This document shows positions 9,737 to 20,190 of a stretch of 64,000 nt of DNA, piece by piece (positions within the stretch are counted from its first letter, which is position 1; each line of letters begins with the position of its first letter). Made by a program: the position numbers and the translations under genes. A model generated the notes under the pieces. It saw only the letters and a list, made by a program, of their open reading frames with translations, was not told the DNA's origin and did not search any database. Source of the DNA: Actinomycetota bacterium (GTDB taxonomy: Bacteria; Actinomycetota; Acidimicrobiia; Acidimicrobiales; Ilumatobacteraceae); assembly GCA_009726095.1 (NCBI GenBank), contig WLMZ01000001.1, positions 270 through 64,269 of the forward strand, read 5' to 3'.

Positions 9737-10551
9737 ACCAGTTCGGCGTGCTGCGGCTCGAGGGCGACAACGCCGAACAGATCGAGGTCTGCGATCTGGT
9801 CGATGGACGCCACGGCCACCTCGTCGCCGGCATGCAGGCCCTGCACGCCGAACACTTCCCCACCTATGTGACCGAGACCGCAGGCATCGCCATCGATGCC
9901 TCGCGGCCGTCAGCCCGCTATGGCCTGATGGTGCACCAGTGGCTCGTCACCATCGATGGGCAGCCGGCTGCGCTGCAGATCATGGACTCGAACCTCGTAC
10001 GCGGCATCGGGGTGGCCCGGTTCACCGCCATTGGCGGGTCGCACCGACGCACACGAATTGGCGGCCACAGGCTGTCGGCCTGGCTGACAACACTCGCCAG
10101 CGACACCCTCGTCAGCGACGTGGGCAGCAACGCACTGGGCCTGGTCGGTGAGGTCGAGGAGTTCGACGAAGGGGCGATCACGTTCTGGCTCAGCCTCGGC
10201 CACCGCCTGCTGCCGATCCCGCACGCCGAACGCGGTGAACGGTCACAGCCCGAGGCGCGGGCTCAAGACCACGCACAGGGCACGACCTGGGACGACCTCG
10301 TGCTCCAGACCGAGCAGCTCATCGAAGGCGATCCAAGGCTGCGCCCGAGTGCGCTGATGTGGGTCCCCGCTGCGGGCGTCGATGCCGACGCGCTCCAGCA
10401 ACACGTGTGCGAGGCCGGATCGGCGGCGTGGCTGCTCGACGAATACGCGCTCGATGCATTCCATCCCCTGGTGGTCGCAACAGTCGGTGACCAAGCGAAC
10501 CTGAGCAGCCCGGACCGCAACCGGGACGCAGCCGGAATAGCCCTACCCTAG
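9733..10551 (+). CDS. hypothetical protein (possibly GNAT-fold)
   Basis: The GTG overlaps the upstream stop (GTGA). A weak acetyltransferase-like segment (LVRGIGVARF...RRTRIGGHRLSAWL) is present. Confidence 0.35.
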   Translation: MNQFGVLRLEGDNAEQIEVCDLVDGRHGHLVAGMQALHAEHFPTYVTETAGIAIDASRPSARYGLMVHQWLVTIDGQPAALQIMDSNLVRGIGVARFTAIGGSHRRTRIGGHRLSAWLTTLASDTLVSDVGSNALGLVGEVEEFDEGAITFWLSLGHRLLPIPHAERGERSQPEARAQDHAQGTTWDDLVLQTEQLIEGDPRLRPSALMWVPAAGVDADALQQHVCEAGSAAWLLDEYALDAFHPLVVATVGDQANLSSPDRNRDAAGIALP

Positions 10552-12006
10552 GCGCTTACGTCGCTTCAGGCGGTACGAGAGCTGGGTGTCGTCCCACGTG
10601 CTCCCCACCCGGCGTCCGGCGGCCACTGCGGCGACCGCCAGCAACACCGCCACCAGCGGAGCGATCCACGTATTACCCATCAGGCGCGACAGCCCGATCG
10701 GGATGGCAACGACGATGAACCCAAGGGCAACCGGTACGAGATCGATGAGCAACGAGCTGCGCGCCCGACGCTCGTCGGGGATGGTGGCAAGCGCCGTCTG
10801 GCGGGCGCTCGCATCGGCGCTCCAGCGTGGCAGGCGCCAGACCAGCGTTGCCGCCACGGCCAACACGATCTGGTTGGCGGCACCGGCAACTGCGAGCAAC
10901 GCAGCACCGACGAGCGCAAACAGCGGCAGCAGCTGCAGAACCTTTTCGACGCCGCGGCGCTGCAACAACTTGGTGGTGGCAAAGGTCTGCACTGCCCAAC
11001 ACAACACGATACCGATGAGCGCTGTCCCGGCGTACAGGGTCTGGAACGAGCCGGCGGTCGTGAAGTGCTGACGAGCGATATCGAGGAAGCCGAACTCGAC
11101 GATGGCGCCGGCGGAAACGACGGCGAGCGACATGATCAGCATCCAGCGGAACGCAGGCAGTGCCCCGATGAACGAGACGGTCTCCTTCAGCGACTCACGC
11201 GTGGTCTCCGAGCGACCATGGCCGGCCGAGGCCGTTGCGTCGCGCAGGCGGCGGGGCAGGAAAATCGCCACACCGACACACACCACCGGAGGCAGCACCA
11301 GCAGCCAGCCGAGCGACGAATCGCTCGAGCCCAGAATGGATGGCGCGATCGTGGCGATACCGAGGCCAGAGACCTGGCCGACGAACAACCACCGCGAGAT
11401 CGAGGGGAAGACCGTGACGCCCTGCCCCGCGGTGAACACGTCTGCGGCCAGGGCCCAGATCATCAGCGGCAGCAGGTAGTTCATCTGATCGGCAAGCAGC
11501 CACGCCAGACCGAAGGTGACGGTGGTGGGGGCATGGGAGACAAGCAGCACCAGCGCCACCCCATACGCCGCTGCGTAGCCGAGGCACAAGCCGACCAGCA
11601 TGGGTAGACGGGCGACGCGATCGATGTATTTTGCCTGCAGGAGCGCAATCCCCAACAGCCCGAGGGCTGCCAGCGGCCATACCACCGCAAGCGCTGCGGT
11701 ACCGCTGTGGCTCACCACCTGCGACGCACCGACCGCTTCGGTGATGGCACCCGACACCGCGATGCCGGCGAACGACAGTGACAGCGCCCGGGCCCAGCGG
11801 CGCTTGGGCTCGCCGGTATCCACTTCTGGAGCGCTGCGCGCCTGAGCGCCGGCAGCCCTGATGAGGTCGTCCAACGCATCGGAGCGCTCGGCCTCGGTCT
11901 CGGCAGTGGAGTCGGTCGAGGGCTCGTCGAGCCGGCTCGCCCGGCGCCGACCGGCGCCAAGACTGCCGATCAGATCGTCGAGTCCGTCGCTCGTGCCATC
12001 AGGCAT
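10543..12006 (-). CDS. polytopic membrane protein, MFS / TLC (ATP:ADP antiporter)-like
   Basis: About 11-12 hydrophobic spans. The segment LLADQMNYLLPLMIWALAADVF resembles the FWxxaNe region of the TLC/AAA family. Its ATG 12006 overlaps the upstream stop (ATGCCTGA). Confidence 0.45.
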   Translation of the reverse strand: MPDGTSDGLDDLIGSLGAGRRRASRLDEPSTDSTAETEAERSDALDDLIRAAGAQARSAPEVDTGEPKRRWARALSLSFAGIAVSGAITEAVGASQVVSHSGTAALAVVWPLAALGLLGIALLQAKYIDRVARLPMLVGLCLGYAAAYGVALVLLVSHAPTTVTFGLAWLLADQMNYLLPLMIWALAADVFTAGQGVTVFPSISRWLFVGQVSGLGIATIAPSILGSSDSSLGWLLVLPPVVCVGVAIFLPRRLRDATASAGHGRSETTRESLKETVSFIGALPAFRWMLIMSLAVVSAGAIVEFGFLDIARQHFTTAGSFQTLYAGTALIGIVLCWAVQTFATTKLLQRRGVEKVLQLLPLFALVGAALLAVAGAANQIVLAVAATLVWRLPRWSADASARQTALATIPDERRARSSLLIDLVPVALGFIVVAIPIGLSRLMGNTWIAPLVAVLLAVAAVAAGRRVGSTWDDTQLSYRLKRRKRLG

Positions 12007-13153
12007 GATCCGCTCCGAGCTTCGCAGCGAGGGCGGCTGCCTCGGCATCGTCTTCGGCCTTGACCTTGGCCCGCAACAGTCCCACCTTGGCGGTGAGATC
12101 GGAGAAGAAGTCCGAGTCGGTGATCTCCTCAACGGCCTTGCGCCGGTTGACCTCGTCGATCTCCACCTTCAACACCTGGACCTGACGCACCAGGGTTCGT
12201 TCACGGGAACCAACGCGTTCTTTCATGATGTCGAAGGCAAGCGCTAGATCACTCATCTCATCGGAGAAGGTCGAGGTGGCGATGTCGCTCAGGTCGACCT
12301 CGTAGTCGCCATCGGCGATGAGCTGCGTGGCATTGGAGAGCCGGCCGAGCCGACGTGTGAGCCAGCCGGACAGGTACACGACGACGGCCAGCAGCACCAG
12401 GTAGGCAACACCGAACAGCGGGTAGAGCAAACGCAGCGCGCTGGACCGAACCTGATCGACGTAGGTGAGCGGATAATCGACTGCGAAAATCCCAACGACC
12501 TTGCCCGTGTGGTCCTTGATCGGGCTGAACGCTGACACCCAGTCGCCGTAGGCATCGACGTAGTTGTCGAACGAGACGGTGGTCAGCCCGGCCTTCATCT
12601 TGGCCTGTGTCTTGGCCGCTGTGGCGAGCGAATCGAGGCTCTGCAGAAAGCGCACACCATCGGGCTTGTCGCCCTTGGCCGGGTACCCGCCGGCGGCGAA
12701 CGAGGCCACGAAATTCAACGACCCATCGGCAGCAACGGTAACGGAGTACGGCTGCGCATCGGGGTTGATGTTGCGGATGCGCACCAGCTCTGCGACGTGC
12801 GCCCAGTAGTCGGCTGATGCCGGCCATTCGCTGTCTGCTGTCACGGTCTGGCCCGCCAAGAACCCCGCCGAGGCCGGATAGACGGCGCCGACCGTCGGCA
12901 CCGCCGGCTCGGCAACGAGCCGCTCGAACACGTCGCCGTCGATCGTGGCTGCACCACCGGTGGTGATGCTTTCCAACGTTGTATGGACGCGCGACGATGC
13001 CGTGTTGGTGGTGAACCGCAGCACCCAGACCGCCACCACGGCGAAGACCACCGTGAACCCCAACCCGAAGGCGAGCAACAACTTCCATCGCATGCCGAGA
13101 CGAAACTTCCGCCGGCTCCTGGGTGTCTCGGGGGTTGAAACTGGATCAGACAT
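11999..13153 (-). CDS. Cache-HAMP sensor protein without recognisable output domain
   Basis: N-terminal TM, then a Cache-like ectodomain (DAYGDWVSAFSPIKDHTGKVVGIFAVDY), a second TM and a HAMP domain (LTRRLGRLSNATQLIADGDYEVDL...EMSDLALAFDIM). It ends in a coiled-coil tail only. Confidence 0.7.
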   Translation of the reverse strand: MSDPVSTPETPRSRRKFRLGMRWKLLLAFGLGFTVVFAVVAVWVLRFTTNTASSRVHTTLESITTGGAATIDGDVFERLVAEPAVPTVGAVYPASAGFLAGQTVTADSEWPASADYWAHVAELVRIRNINPDAQPYSVTVAADGSLNFVASFAAGGYPAKGDKPDGVRFLQSLDSLATAAKTQAKMKAGLTTVSFDNYVDAYGDWVSAFSPIKDHTGKVVGIFAVDYPLTYVDQVRSSALRLLYPLFGVAYLVLLAVVVYLSGWLTRRLGRLSNATQLIADGDYEVDLSDIATSTFSDEMSDLALAFDIMKERVGSRERTLVRQVQVLKVEIDEVNRRKAVEEITDSDFFSDLTAKVGLLRAKVKAEDDAEAAALAAKLGADHA

Positions 13154-13249
13154 GACGGAGGACAGTAGCAGTCCTTGTACAGAACCAGAAATTTGTATCC
13201 GATGAACGGTGTACCCGATTCAGGTAGCGGACCTGCCGCCGGCGCAGGG

Positions 13250-16200
13250 TCAGGGCACGCACACGCTGAAGGTCTTGCTCGCCGACCCGGCCGGCCACGG
13301 CAGATCCCAACTGATCTTCTTGCTCACGCAGAACTTGCCCAGTTCCGGCATCGGGATGGGCGCAGCGACGGATCCCCACCCGTGCCACTTGCCCAGATAC
13401 CCAGCATCGAGGTCAGCCTTCACCCACGACGCGAAGCTGGGGGCGGCACTTGACGAGATGGTCATCGCGAGGACGCCGCTGAAACTCGCGCTCAACCCAC
13501 CCCACTTATCGCCAACCGAGTTCGACTTCGCGAAATCGATATTGAGTGCGCGGGAAAAGCCCCAGTTGTTATCGATCGGTATACCGCGGAACGGGAAGGT
13601 GAAGCCACTGACGTTCACGTCGGCGTCAAACGCAGGGGAGACCACGCCGTTGGCCACGATGAACCCGACCGTCGCATTGAACTGAAACCCCGAAGTCGAG
13701 ATGCTGATGGGTGCAGACAGATTGAGGTTCAGCGAGGCAGCGGGATTGGACGACGGGATGAGCGATGTCGACAGCTTGAGCGCCGACGAACCGAATGCCC
13801 CGCCCAGCGGGATGCTCACTGCTGCGTTGGCATTGAAATGACCGAGCACATCCATGCCGAGACTGACCGCAAGGCTTGCCGTTGATCCCGCCACCGGGAA
13901 CGAGATGCTGCCGGTGCCATTGTAGTACAGATTGCTCAACGACACGCCGAAGTCCGTGATGACCTTCACCTTCAGCCCACCGACATCGAGCGACGACGAG
14001 GACTGGACAGAATACAGGATCGGCCCGGGGTACCCCTTGACCGTGACGGCCGAGTCGAGGTTGAAGCCTGCGATGTTCAGCATTGCACTGCCGGTGAGCG
14101 TGAACCCGAACACGGTGGCGTCACCTGCGACGGCCACGTTGACGCCGTTGAGGCGTATTCCTCCCGCAAAACCCACGTGTGGAAGTTGGTATCCGCCGGC
14201 CACGAACGTGGCCGTGACGTTGTCCATCGTGAAACCGTTGGCGGTGAAGCCACCGATCGACGCATTGCCCTTGAGCGTCATCGGCGTGTTGGTATTGACC
14301 GTCACGTTGAAGTCCACCGGCACCTTGAGGATCGCCCCGTGGAAGGTCATCGAGAACCCGGCCGGCACCACATATGTGCCCACCGTGCACCCCAGCGGAG
14401 AGGCATAGAAGTGCGCATACGTGGCAGTGACGGCACCGCCGATGGAGATCACCGGCGTGGTGCCGTCAACCGTGCCGATGGAGACATCGAGGCAGGGCGA
14501 GGACAGTGACACGTTGGCGACGAAGCTCACAGGAATGGGATCGGTGGAGTTGATGCCCATTGCTTGGCGCAACGACGCCGGCAACGTACCGGAGCCTGCC
14601 AGACCGACGCCGACCGGAATGGAGTTCGCCCAGAGCTGGCCGCTGATCGCGAACCCATTCAGGTCCAGCCCCGGCACGCCCATCACGTTCGGCCACACCG
14701 CTGCCCCGTTCAGCCCGTTGGCCGACACCGAGAACGTGGTGGTCGCCACGGAAGGGTCGTAGGACATCGCGAGTCGAATAGCGATGTCTTTGACGTTGCC
14801 GGATGCACCCGAGATGGTGAGCAGGCCGTTCTCGGCGAGCGTGAACGTATACGTCTGGACCGCTGGGTTGGGGTTGATGGTGACGCTCAGGGTGGCATTG
14901 GTGAGGACGAACGTGTAGTCCTTCGAGAAGCTCGGCAGCTTCACACCCTCGGGGATCACCGCCGACAACGTGAGGCTGCCGTTCGATGTATACGTCATGT
15001 AGGAGCTCAATGGCTTGTCTGGCATGCCGATGGCCTGCAACCACGCGGGCATGGCCATGACGGCACCAAAGACGTACGAGCGCTTGGGCACGGTGATCGT
15101 GTTGCCCATCACCGTGGCGAGGGTGTCCTCGGCGTCGAAGTATGCGAACGAACTGACGCTGCCCGGCCCCACTGCGTGGGGGGCGAAGTCGCCGGCTACC
15201 ACCAGGCCACCGTTGACATAGGTGAGCACGATGTTGGGCAACTTCCAATCCTTGGCGAACGGCAGCGCCATCCTGCCCTCGCCGATGACCTGGATGTTGA
15301 AACCGCCGTTCACCCCACCACCCGGGATGACCACGCCGCTCTTGAGCACCGCGTAGGAGTTGTCATTGACGGACATCGCCAACCGCAACGTGCTGATCGT
15401 GAGGTTGGCGAACTCGGCGATCACCGTGGTGTCGAAGGTGGAGTCCAACGTGAACGCCCTGGTGTCGAGGTTCTCGGTGGCCGTGAAGCGCACACCGCTC
15501 TGCGCAGCCACCGGCCCGCCGATCTTGGCCGACAGCGTGCCATCGAGCAGCATGAAGACGGAGCCGCTGCACAGCTTCGTGCTGGTGGTGGTCGGGCAGT
15601 TCGGCGTGAACGTCACGGTTGCGGTGCTGAGTCCGATCTTGAGCGCGATCAGATCGGTCGGTGCACTCAAGGTCGCCGTGAGACCCCACACTTGTGAGCC
15701 GCCGACGCTGGAGATCGCGCCGCTCAACGCCGACAACGGCAGCTGGATTGTGTCGGTCAGGGCGACGGTGGCAGTGGACTGCGCCGGTGTAATCGACCAG
15801 TCGCCTGCACTGGTGTACGAGACGAAGGCGGCGAACTGCAGGTTCGAGCCGAGCCGTGCCGACGCTGCTCCGGTGAACACCGGAACAGACGTGGCGGCGG
15901 GAGAATATCTGAACGTGCCCGACACTGACGACGACGGACCAAACCGGACCGGTGTCGCGGGAGAGACCGACATCGTGATGATGCCCGACATCACTGCGGC
16001 GGCATCGACCACAGAGCCGCTGACCGCAACTGAGGTACCGTTCACGCTCGCCGTCGCCCCCGCTGCCACCTGGTAGCTCCATTCCTTGGGGTTCGCGTAG
16101 GTGAATGTCACCGGAAAGCGCAGGTCGGCCACCGCGGCCTGAGCCGTACCGGAATACCGCTGGCCGGACAATGAAACCGAGGCCACCGTCAACGTGTTGG

Positions 16201-16603
16201 GGCCAACGGACAGCACGGAACCCACGCTGACCGATGCGAGGGCGGCCACCGTCGTGGGCACCACCGTCGTGGGCACCACCGTCGTGGGCACCACCGTCGT
16301 GGGCACCACCGTCGTTGCCACCACCGTCGTTGCTGAGAGCACCGTCGTGGGCACCACCGTCGTGGTGTCCGCTGCCGAGGTGGCGGTTGGCGAAGTCGTC
16401 GGGGTGACCAGCGTGGTCGGCGGGGTCGAATCGACCCCGATGGTTCCAGACGTCCCGTTGCTGCTCCCCCGTATGGCCAGGGCACCGACCCCAATCGCTG
16501 CGACGCCACCAGCGATCCATGCGAGGCGCACCAGGCGCGTCCGGCGCCTACGTCGTGGCGATTGATCCGCTACAGAGAGATTCACAGCTGGCCTTCCTGC
16601 CAT
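13250..16603 (-). CDS. giant (1117 aa) membrane-anchored, Thr/Ser/Gly/Val-rich extracytoplasmic protein
   Basis: The N-terminus has an RRRRR-TM anchor, then a (PTTVV)n stalk, then about 950 aa of beta-rich low-charge sequence. No domain recognised. Confidence 0.7.
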   Translation of the reverse strand: MAGRPAVNLSVADQSPRRRRRTRLVRLAWIAGGVAAIGVGALAIRGSSNGTSGTIGVDSTPPTTLVTPTTSPTATSAADTTTVVPTTVLSATTVVATTVVPTTVVPTTVVPTTVVPTTVAALASVSVGSVLSVGPNTLTVASVSLSGQRYSGTAQAAVADLRFPVTFTYANPKEWSYQVAAGATASVNGTSVAVSGSVVDAAAVMSGIITMSVSPATPVRFGPSSSVSGTFRYSPAATSVPVFTGAASARLGSNLQFAAFVSYTSAGDWSITPAQSTATVALTDTIQLPLSALSGAISSVGGSQVWGLTATLSAPTDLIALKIGLSTATVTFTPNCPTTTSTKLCSGSVFMLLDGTLSAKIGGPVAAQSGVRFTATENLDTRAFTLDSTFDTTVIAEFANLTISTLRLAMSVNDNSYAVLKSGVVIPGGGVNGGFNIQVIGEGRMALPFAKDWKLPNIVLTYVNGGLVVAGDFAPHAVGPGSVSSFAYFDAEDTLATVMGNTITVPKRSYVFGAVMAMPAWLQAIGMPDKPLSSYMTYTSNGSLTLSAVIPEGVKLPSFSKDYTFVLTNATLSVTINPNPAVQTYTFTLAENGLLTISGASGNVKDIAIRLAMSYDPSVATTTFSVSANGLNGAAVWPNVMGVPGLDLNGFAISGQLWANSIPVGVGLAGSGTLPASLRQAMGINSTDPIPVSFVANVSLSSPCLDVSIGTVDGTTPVISIGGAVTATYAHFYASPLGCTVGTYVVPAGFSMTFHGAILKVPVDFNVTVNTNTPMTLKGNASIGGFTANGFTMDNVTATFVAGGYQLPHVGFAGGIRLNGVNVAVAGDATVFGFTLTGSAMLNIAGFNLDSAVTVKGYPGPILYSVQSSSSLDVGGLKVKVITDFGVSLSNLYYNGTGSISFPVAGSTASLAVSLGMDVLGHFNANAAVSIPLGGAFGSSALKLSTSLIPSSNPAASLNLNLSAPISISTSGFQFNATVGFIVANGVVSPAFDADVNVSGFTFPFRGIPIDNNWGFSRALNIDFAKSNSVGDKWGGLSASFSGVLAMTISSSAAPSFASWVKADLDAGYLGKWHGWGSVAAPIPMPELGKFCVSKKISWDLPWPAGSASKTFSVCVP
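16246..16335. repeat. 15-bp in-frame tandem repeat CCACCGTCGTGGGCA x6 (degenerating copies continue to about 16367)
   Basis: Read directly. It encodes (PTTVV)n on the minus strand, inside the giant protein gene. Confidence 0.9.
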
Positions 16604-16801
16604 CGCCAGAGCAACGAAGCACTGAGCCAGCCGCCGAGCCTAATAGTTGCACGACCACAGAAATCATGCAGTAGACAAGAAATTGATCATGTTCATGAGA
16701 TTCGCATACGATCTGGTCCAGCGAGACGCGCAACCATCCGTTGGGGTGCGCGCACATCGGCACGAACGATTCGCTCGACCTCTCAGAGGAAGGCTCCCAC
16801 C

Positions 16802-17494
16802 ATGACCGGGCTTCGGGCAACGAACAAGGAACGCAACCGCCGCCAGATCCTGCTGGCGGCTGCGACGATCGTCGAAGAGCGCGGGCTGGCGGCGATGACC
16901 ATGCGCGAGATCGCCCGCTGCGCCCAGTTGAGCGTGCCGACGATCTATAACCTCATCGGCGGCACCAACGACGTCGTACTGGCGATGGTGACCAGCCAGA
17001 ACGATCGCTACGGGGCGCAGTTCGAAAACAGCACCGCCAACCCCGAGGACCGCGCCGTCGCTGCTGTCACTGGCCTGGCCGACACGATGCTGGAGCACAG
17101 AACGGTCACCCGCGAGATCATCGGGCATTCGCAGACCATGTTGCGCGCCGCCGGCGGTCCCGGCATCTTCTCCAAGGCGACCGAGGTCCTGACCGGGTGC
17201 TTCCGTCAGGCCGAGAACGAGGGCCTGATCCGTGCGCACCTCGATCCGGCCATACTCGCCCGACGGACGATGGGGATGATCATTGCCTCAGCCCACAGTT
17301 GGGCGAACAACGACTCCAGCGACGCGGCCCTGCGCGTCGAAGCCGAACACGCAGTCCTGTTGATCATTGCTGCTGTCTCGATGCCTGCAGGGCGCGACCG
17401 GATCGACGCACGCCTACGCGAGGTCGAGCTGCGATTGACGAACCTGACCGGTGCGCCCGATCAGACGGTGCGCACCAGCAATGCGTCACCCTGA
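16802..17494 (+). CDS. TetR/AcrR family transcriptional regulator
   Basis: NRRQILLAAATIVEERGLAAMTMREIARCAQLSVPTIYNLIGG is a TetR HTH. Divergent from the giant protein gene. Confidence 0.9.
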   Translation: MTGLRATNKERNRRQILLAAATIVEERGLAAMTMREIARCAQLSVPTIYNLIGGTNDVVLAMVTSQNDRYGAQFENSTANPEDRAVAAVTGLADTMLEHRTVTREIIGHSQTMLRAAGGPGIFSKATEVLTGCFRQAENEGLIRAHLDPAILARRTMGMIIASAHSWANNDSSDAALRVEAEHAVLLIIAAVSMPAGRDRIDARLREVELRLTNLTGAPDQTVRTSNASP

Positions 17495-18642
17495 CCGCCG
17501 CCGCCGCACAGGGCCACGGCGCCCATGCCACCACCACGGCGGCGCAGTTCGTGCAACACGGTGAGCGCCAGGCGGTTGCCGCTCATGCCGATCGGGTGAC
17601 CGAGAGCGATCGCTCCGCCGTTTACGTTGGTGACCTCGTCGGTGATGCCCAACTCGGCCATCGAAGCGATTCCCACGGCAGCGAAGGCCTCGTTGAGTTC
17701 GAACAGATCGACGTCGCCGATGCTCTTGCCGGCGCGGGCAAGGGCCTTCAGGATTGCCCTGCTGGGCTGATGCAGCAGCGACGCGTTGTCAGGGCCGGCA
17801 ACCATGCCATAGCCAACCACCTGGCCGAGCGGCTGCACGCCACGGGCCTCGACGGCCTTGGCTGACATGACCACCACGGCGGAACCGCCATCGCTGATCT
17901 GCGAGGCGTTGGCGGCCGTGATGGACCCGGCCTTGTCGAAGGCGGGCTTCAGGCCGGCAAGGGATTCCATCGTGGTGTTGGCCCGGACGCCTTCGTCGGT
18001 ATCGACGATGAGCGCGTCGCCCTTGCGCTGCGGAATGGACACCGGGATGATCTCGTCGGTGAAGCGGCCGGCAGCGATGGCCGCTGCGGCACGCACGTTG
18101 CTCTTCATCGCCATCTCGTCTTGCTGGTCGCGGGTGATGGTGTCGCCCACATAACGATCGGTACCGAGGCCCATCAGGCAGGCATCGAATGCGCACCACA
18201 GACCATCTTTGATGATGGCATCGGCGAGCTCGACGTTGCCGTAGCGAAAGCCGCCACGCGCGCCCGGCGCCAGATACGGGGCATTGGTCATGCTCTCCAT
18301 GCCACCGGCGATGACGATGTCGGCCTCGCCAGCAGCAATCATCTGATCGGCCAGGTAGATGCTGTTGAGACCCGACAAGCAGACCTTGTTGACGTTGATG
18401 CTCGGCACGCTCATGGGAATACCGGCCTTCACGGCGGCCTGCCGCGCTGGCACCTGACCCTGGCCAGCCATCAGGACCTGGCCCATGATGACGTGGTCCA
18501 CGTCCTCGGGCGAGACGCCGGCGCGCTCGAGCGCCGCTTTGATCGCGAATCCCCCGAGATCAGCTGCGCTGAAACCGGCGAGCGCGCCGCTCATCTTGCC
18601 AATCGGCGTACGGGCTCCAGCAACGATGTATGAACCGGCCAT
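17461..18642 (-). CDS. acetyl-CoA C-acetyltransferase (thiolase II)
   Basis: 393 aa with VNKVCLSGL (active Cys), NVNGGAIALGHPIG and CGGGGQG. Confidence 0.95.
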   Translation of the reverse strand: MAGSYIVAGARTPIGKMSGALAGFSAADLGGFAIKAALERAGVSPEDVDHVIMGQVLMAGQGQVPARQAAVKAGIPMSVPSINVNKVCLSGLNSIYLADQMIAAGEADIVIAGGMESMTNAPYLAPGARGGFRYGNVELADAIIKDGLWCAFDACLMGLGTDRYVGDTITRDQQDEMAMKSNVRAAAAIAAGRFTDEIIPVSIPQRKGDALIVDTDEGVRANTTMESLAGLKPAFDKAGSITAANASQISDGGSAVVVMSAKAVEARGVQPLGQVVGYGMVAGPDNASLLHQPSRAILKALARAGKSIGDVDLFELNEAFAAVGIASMAELGITDEVTNVNGGAIALGHPIGMSGNRLALTVLHELRRRGGGMGAVALCGGGGQGDALLVRTV

Positions 18643-18660
18643 GGCCAGACCTTTCGTATG

Positions 18661-18674
18661 GACCGCGAGCGGTC
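18661..18674. promoter_or_regulatory. dyad GACCGC-GA-GCGGTC in the thiolase/ccr divergent region
   Basis: Read directly. Followed by a GTCAAC GTCAAC direct repeat. Candidate operator only. Confidence 0.2.
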
Positions 18675-18783
18675 AACGTCAACAAATCAAACCTAGGGGA
18701 ACGACGATAGCGGCCGGGAATCGGGCGTCAGCATCTCGCAGGAGGGTTGTGCCAGATCGGCGGCCGATCAGTAATGTCGCTGA

Positions 18784-20124
18784 ATGCAGCAGATTCTCGA
18801 AGCCATCCAGGCCGGCGCCTCCGGTGATGAACTCAGCAACATTGCCCTGCCCGACACCTACCGGGCCGCCTATGTGCGCCGTCAGGACGTCGCGATGTTC
18901 GAGGGCCTCGAATCGGCCGACAAGGACCCGCGCAAGAGCCTGCACATCGGCGACGTCGCCAGACCTGAGATTGCCCCTGACGAAGCGGTCGTGGCGGTGA
19001 TGGCCAGTTCCATCAACTTCAACACGGTGTGGACCAGCATCTTCGAGCCGCTGCCCACGTTCGGGTTCCTCGACCGCCTCGGCAAGGAGAGCGCTTGGGG
19101 CAAGCGCCACGCCCTCGATTATCACGTGGTGGGCTCCGATGCTGCCGGTGTGGTGTTGCGGGTCGGCTCGGCGGTGCGCAACTGGAAGCCGGGCGACAGG
19201 GTGACCGTGCACTGCAACTACGTCGACGATCAGGACCCGTCAGCGCACAACGACTCCATGCATGCCAGCAACCAGCGCATCTGGGGTTTCGAGACCAACT
19301 TCGGTGGCCTGGCCGACCTCACCATCGTGAAGGCCAATCAGCTGATGCCCAAGCCGAGCCACCTCACGTGGGAGGAATCAGCCGTCAACGCGCTGTGCAA
19401 CAGCACCAGCTACCGCATGCTCGTGAGCGACAACGGCGCCCGCATGAAGCAGGGAGACACCGTGCTGATCTGGGGAGCCACGGGCGGCATCGGCGGATAC
19501 GCCACCCAGTACGTGCTCAACGGCGGCGGCATCCCTGTCGGCGTGGTCAGCAGCCCGGCCAAGGCCGCACTGCTGAACGAGTTGGGCGTCGAGGCCGTCA
19601 TCGACCGCAGGGCCGAGAACTACCGCTTCTGGTCCGACGAGCACACCCAGGACGAGGGCGAATGGCGCCGCTTCGGCAAAAAGGTTCGTTCGCTCGTCGG
19701 CGACGATGCCGACATCGTCTTCGAGCACGTCGGCCGCCAGACGATGGGCGCATCGGTCTTTGCCTGCCGCCGGGGCGGCACCCTGGTGAGCTGTGCGGCG
19801 ACGTCGGGCTACATGGTCGAGTTCGACAACCGCCACTTCTGGATGAAGCTGAAGAAGCTCATCGGATCACACTTCGCCAACTATTCCGAGGCGTGGCAGG
19901 CCAACCGCCTCGTCGACATGGGCCGTATCCAGCCGCTGCTGTCGGCCGTGTATCCGCTCGAGGGCGTGGGCGAGGCGTCGCTGAAGATCCACCGCAACGA
20001 GCACGAGGGCAAGATCGGCATCCTGTGCCTTGCCCCCACCGAGGGCCTCGGCATCGACAACCCCGAAAAGCGGGCGCTCATCGGCGAGGACAAGATCACC
20101 CTGTTCCGCCGCCACGGCGGCTGA
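18784..20124 (+). CDS. ccr: crotonyl-CoA carboxylase/reductase
   Basis: 446 aa. SSINFNTVWTSIFEP...IWGFETNFGGLADLTIVKANQLMPKPSHLTWEE is characteristic of Ccr. Confidence 0.9.
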   Translation: MQQILEAIQAGASGDELSNIALPDTYRAAYVRRQDVAMFEGLESADKDPRKSLHIGDVARPEIAPDEAVVAVMASSINFNTVWTSIFEPLPTFGFLDRLGKESAWGKRHALDYHVVGSDAAGVVLRVGSAVRNWKPGDRVTVHCNYVDDQDPSAHNDSMHASNQRIWGFETNFGGLADLTIVKANQLMPKPSHLTWEESAVNALCNSTSYRMLVSDNGARMKQGDTVLIWGATGGIGGYATQYVLNGGGIPVGVVSSPAKAALLNELGVEAVIDRRAENYRFWSDEHTQDEGEWRRFGKKVRSLVGDDADIVFEHVGRQTMGASVFACRRGGTLVSCAATSGYMVEFDNRHFWMKLKKLIGSHFANYSEAWQANRLVDMGRIQPLLSAVYPLEGVGEASLKIHRNEHEGKIGILCLAPTEGLGIDNPEKRALIGEDKITLFRRHGG

Positions 20125-20190
20125 CCAGACGGCCAACGGCGCCGCTCAACGGTTGGCCTGCAACGCGTCGCCAGCCCTAGGCTTCGACGC

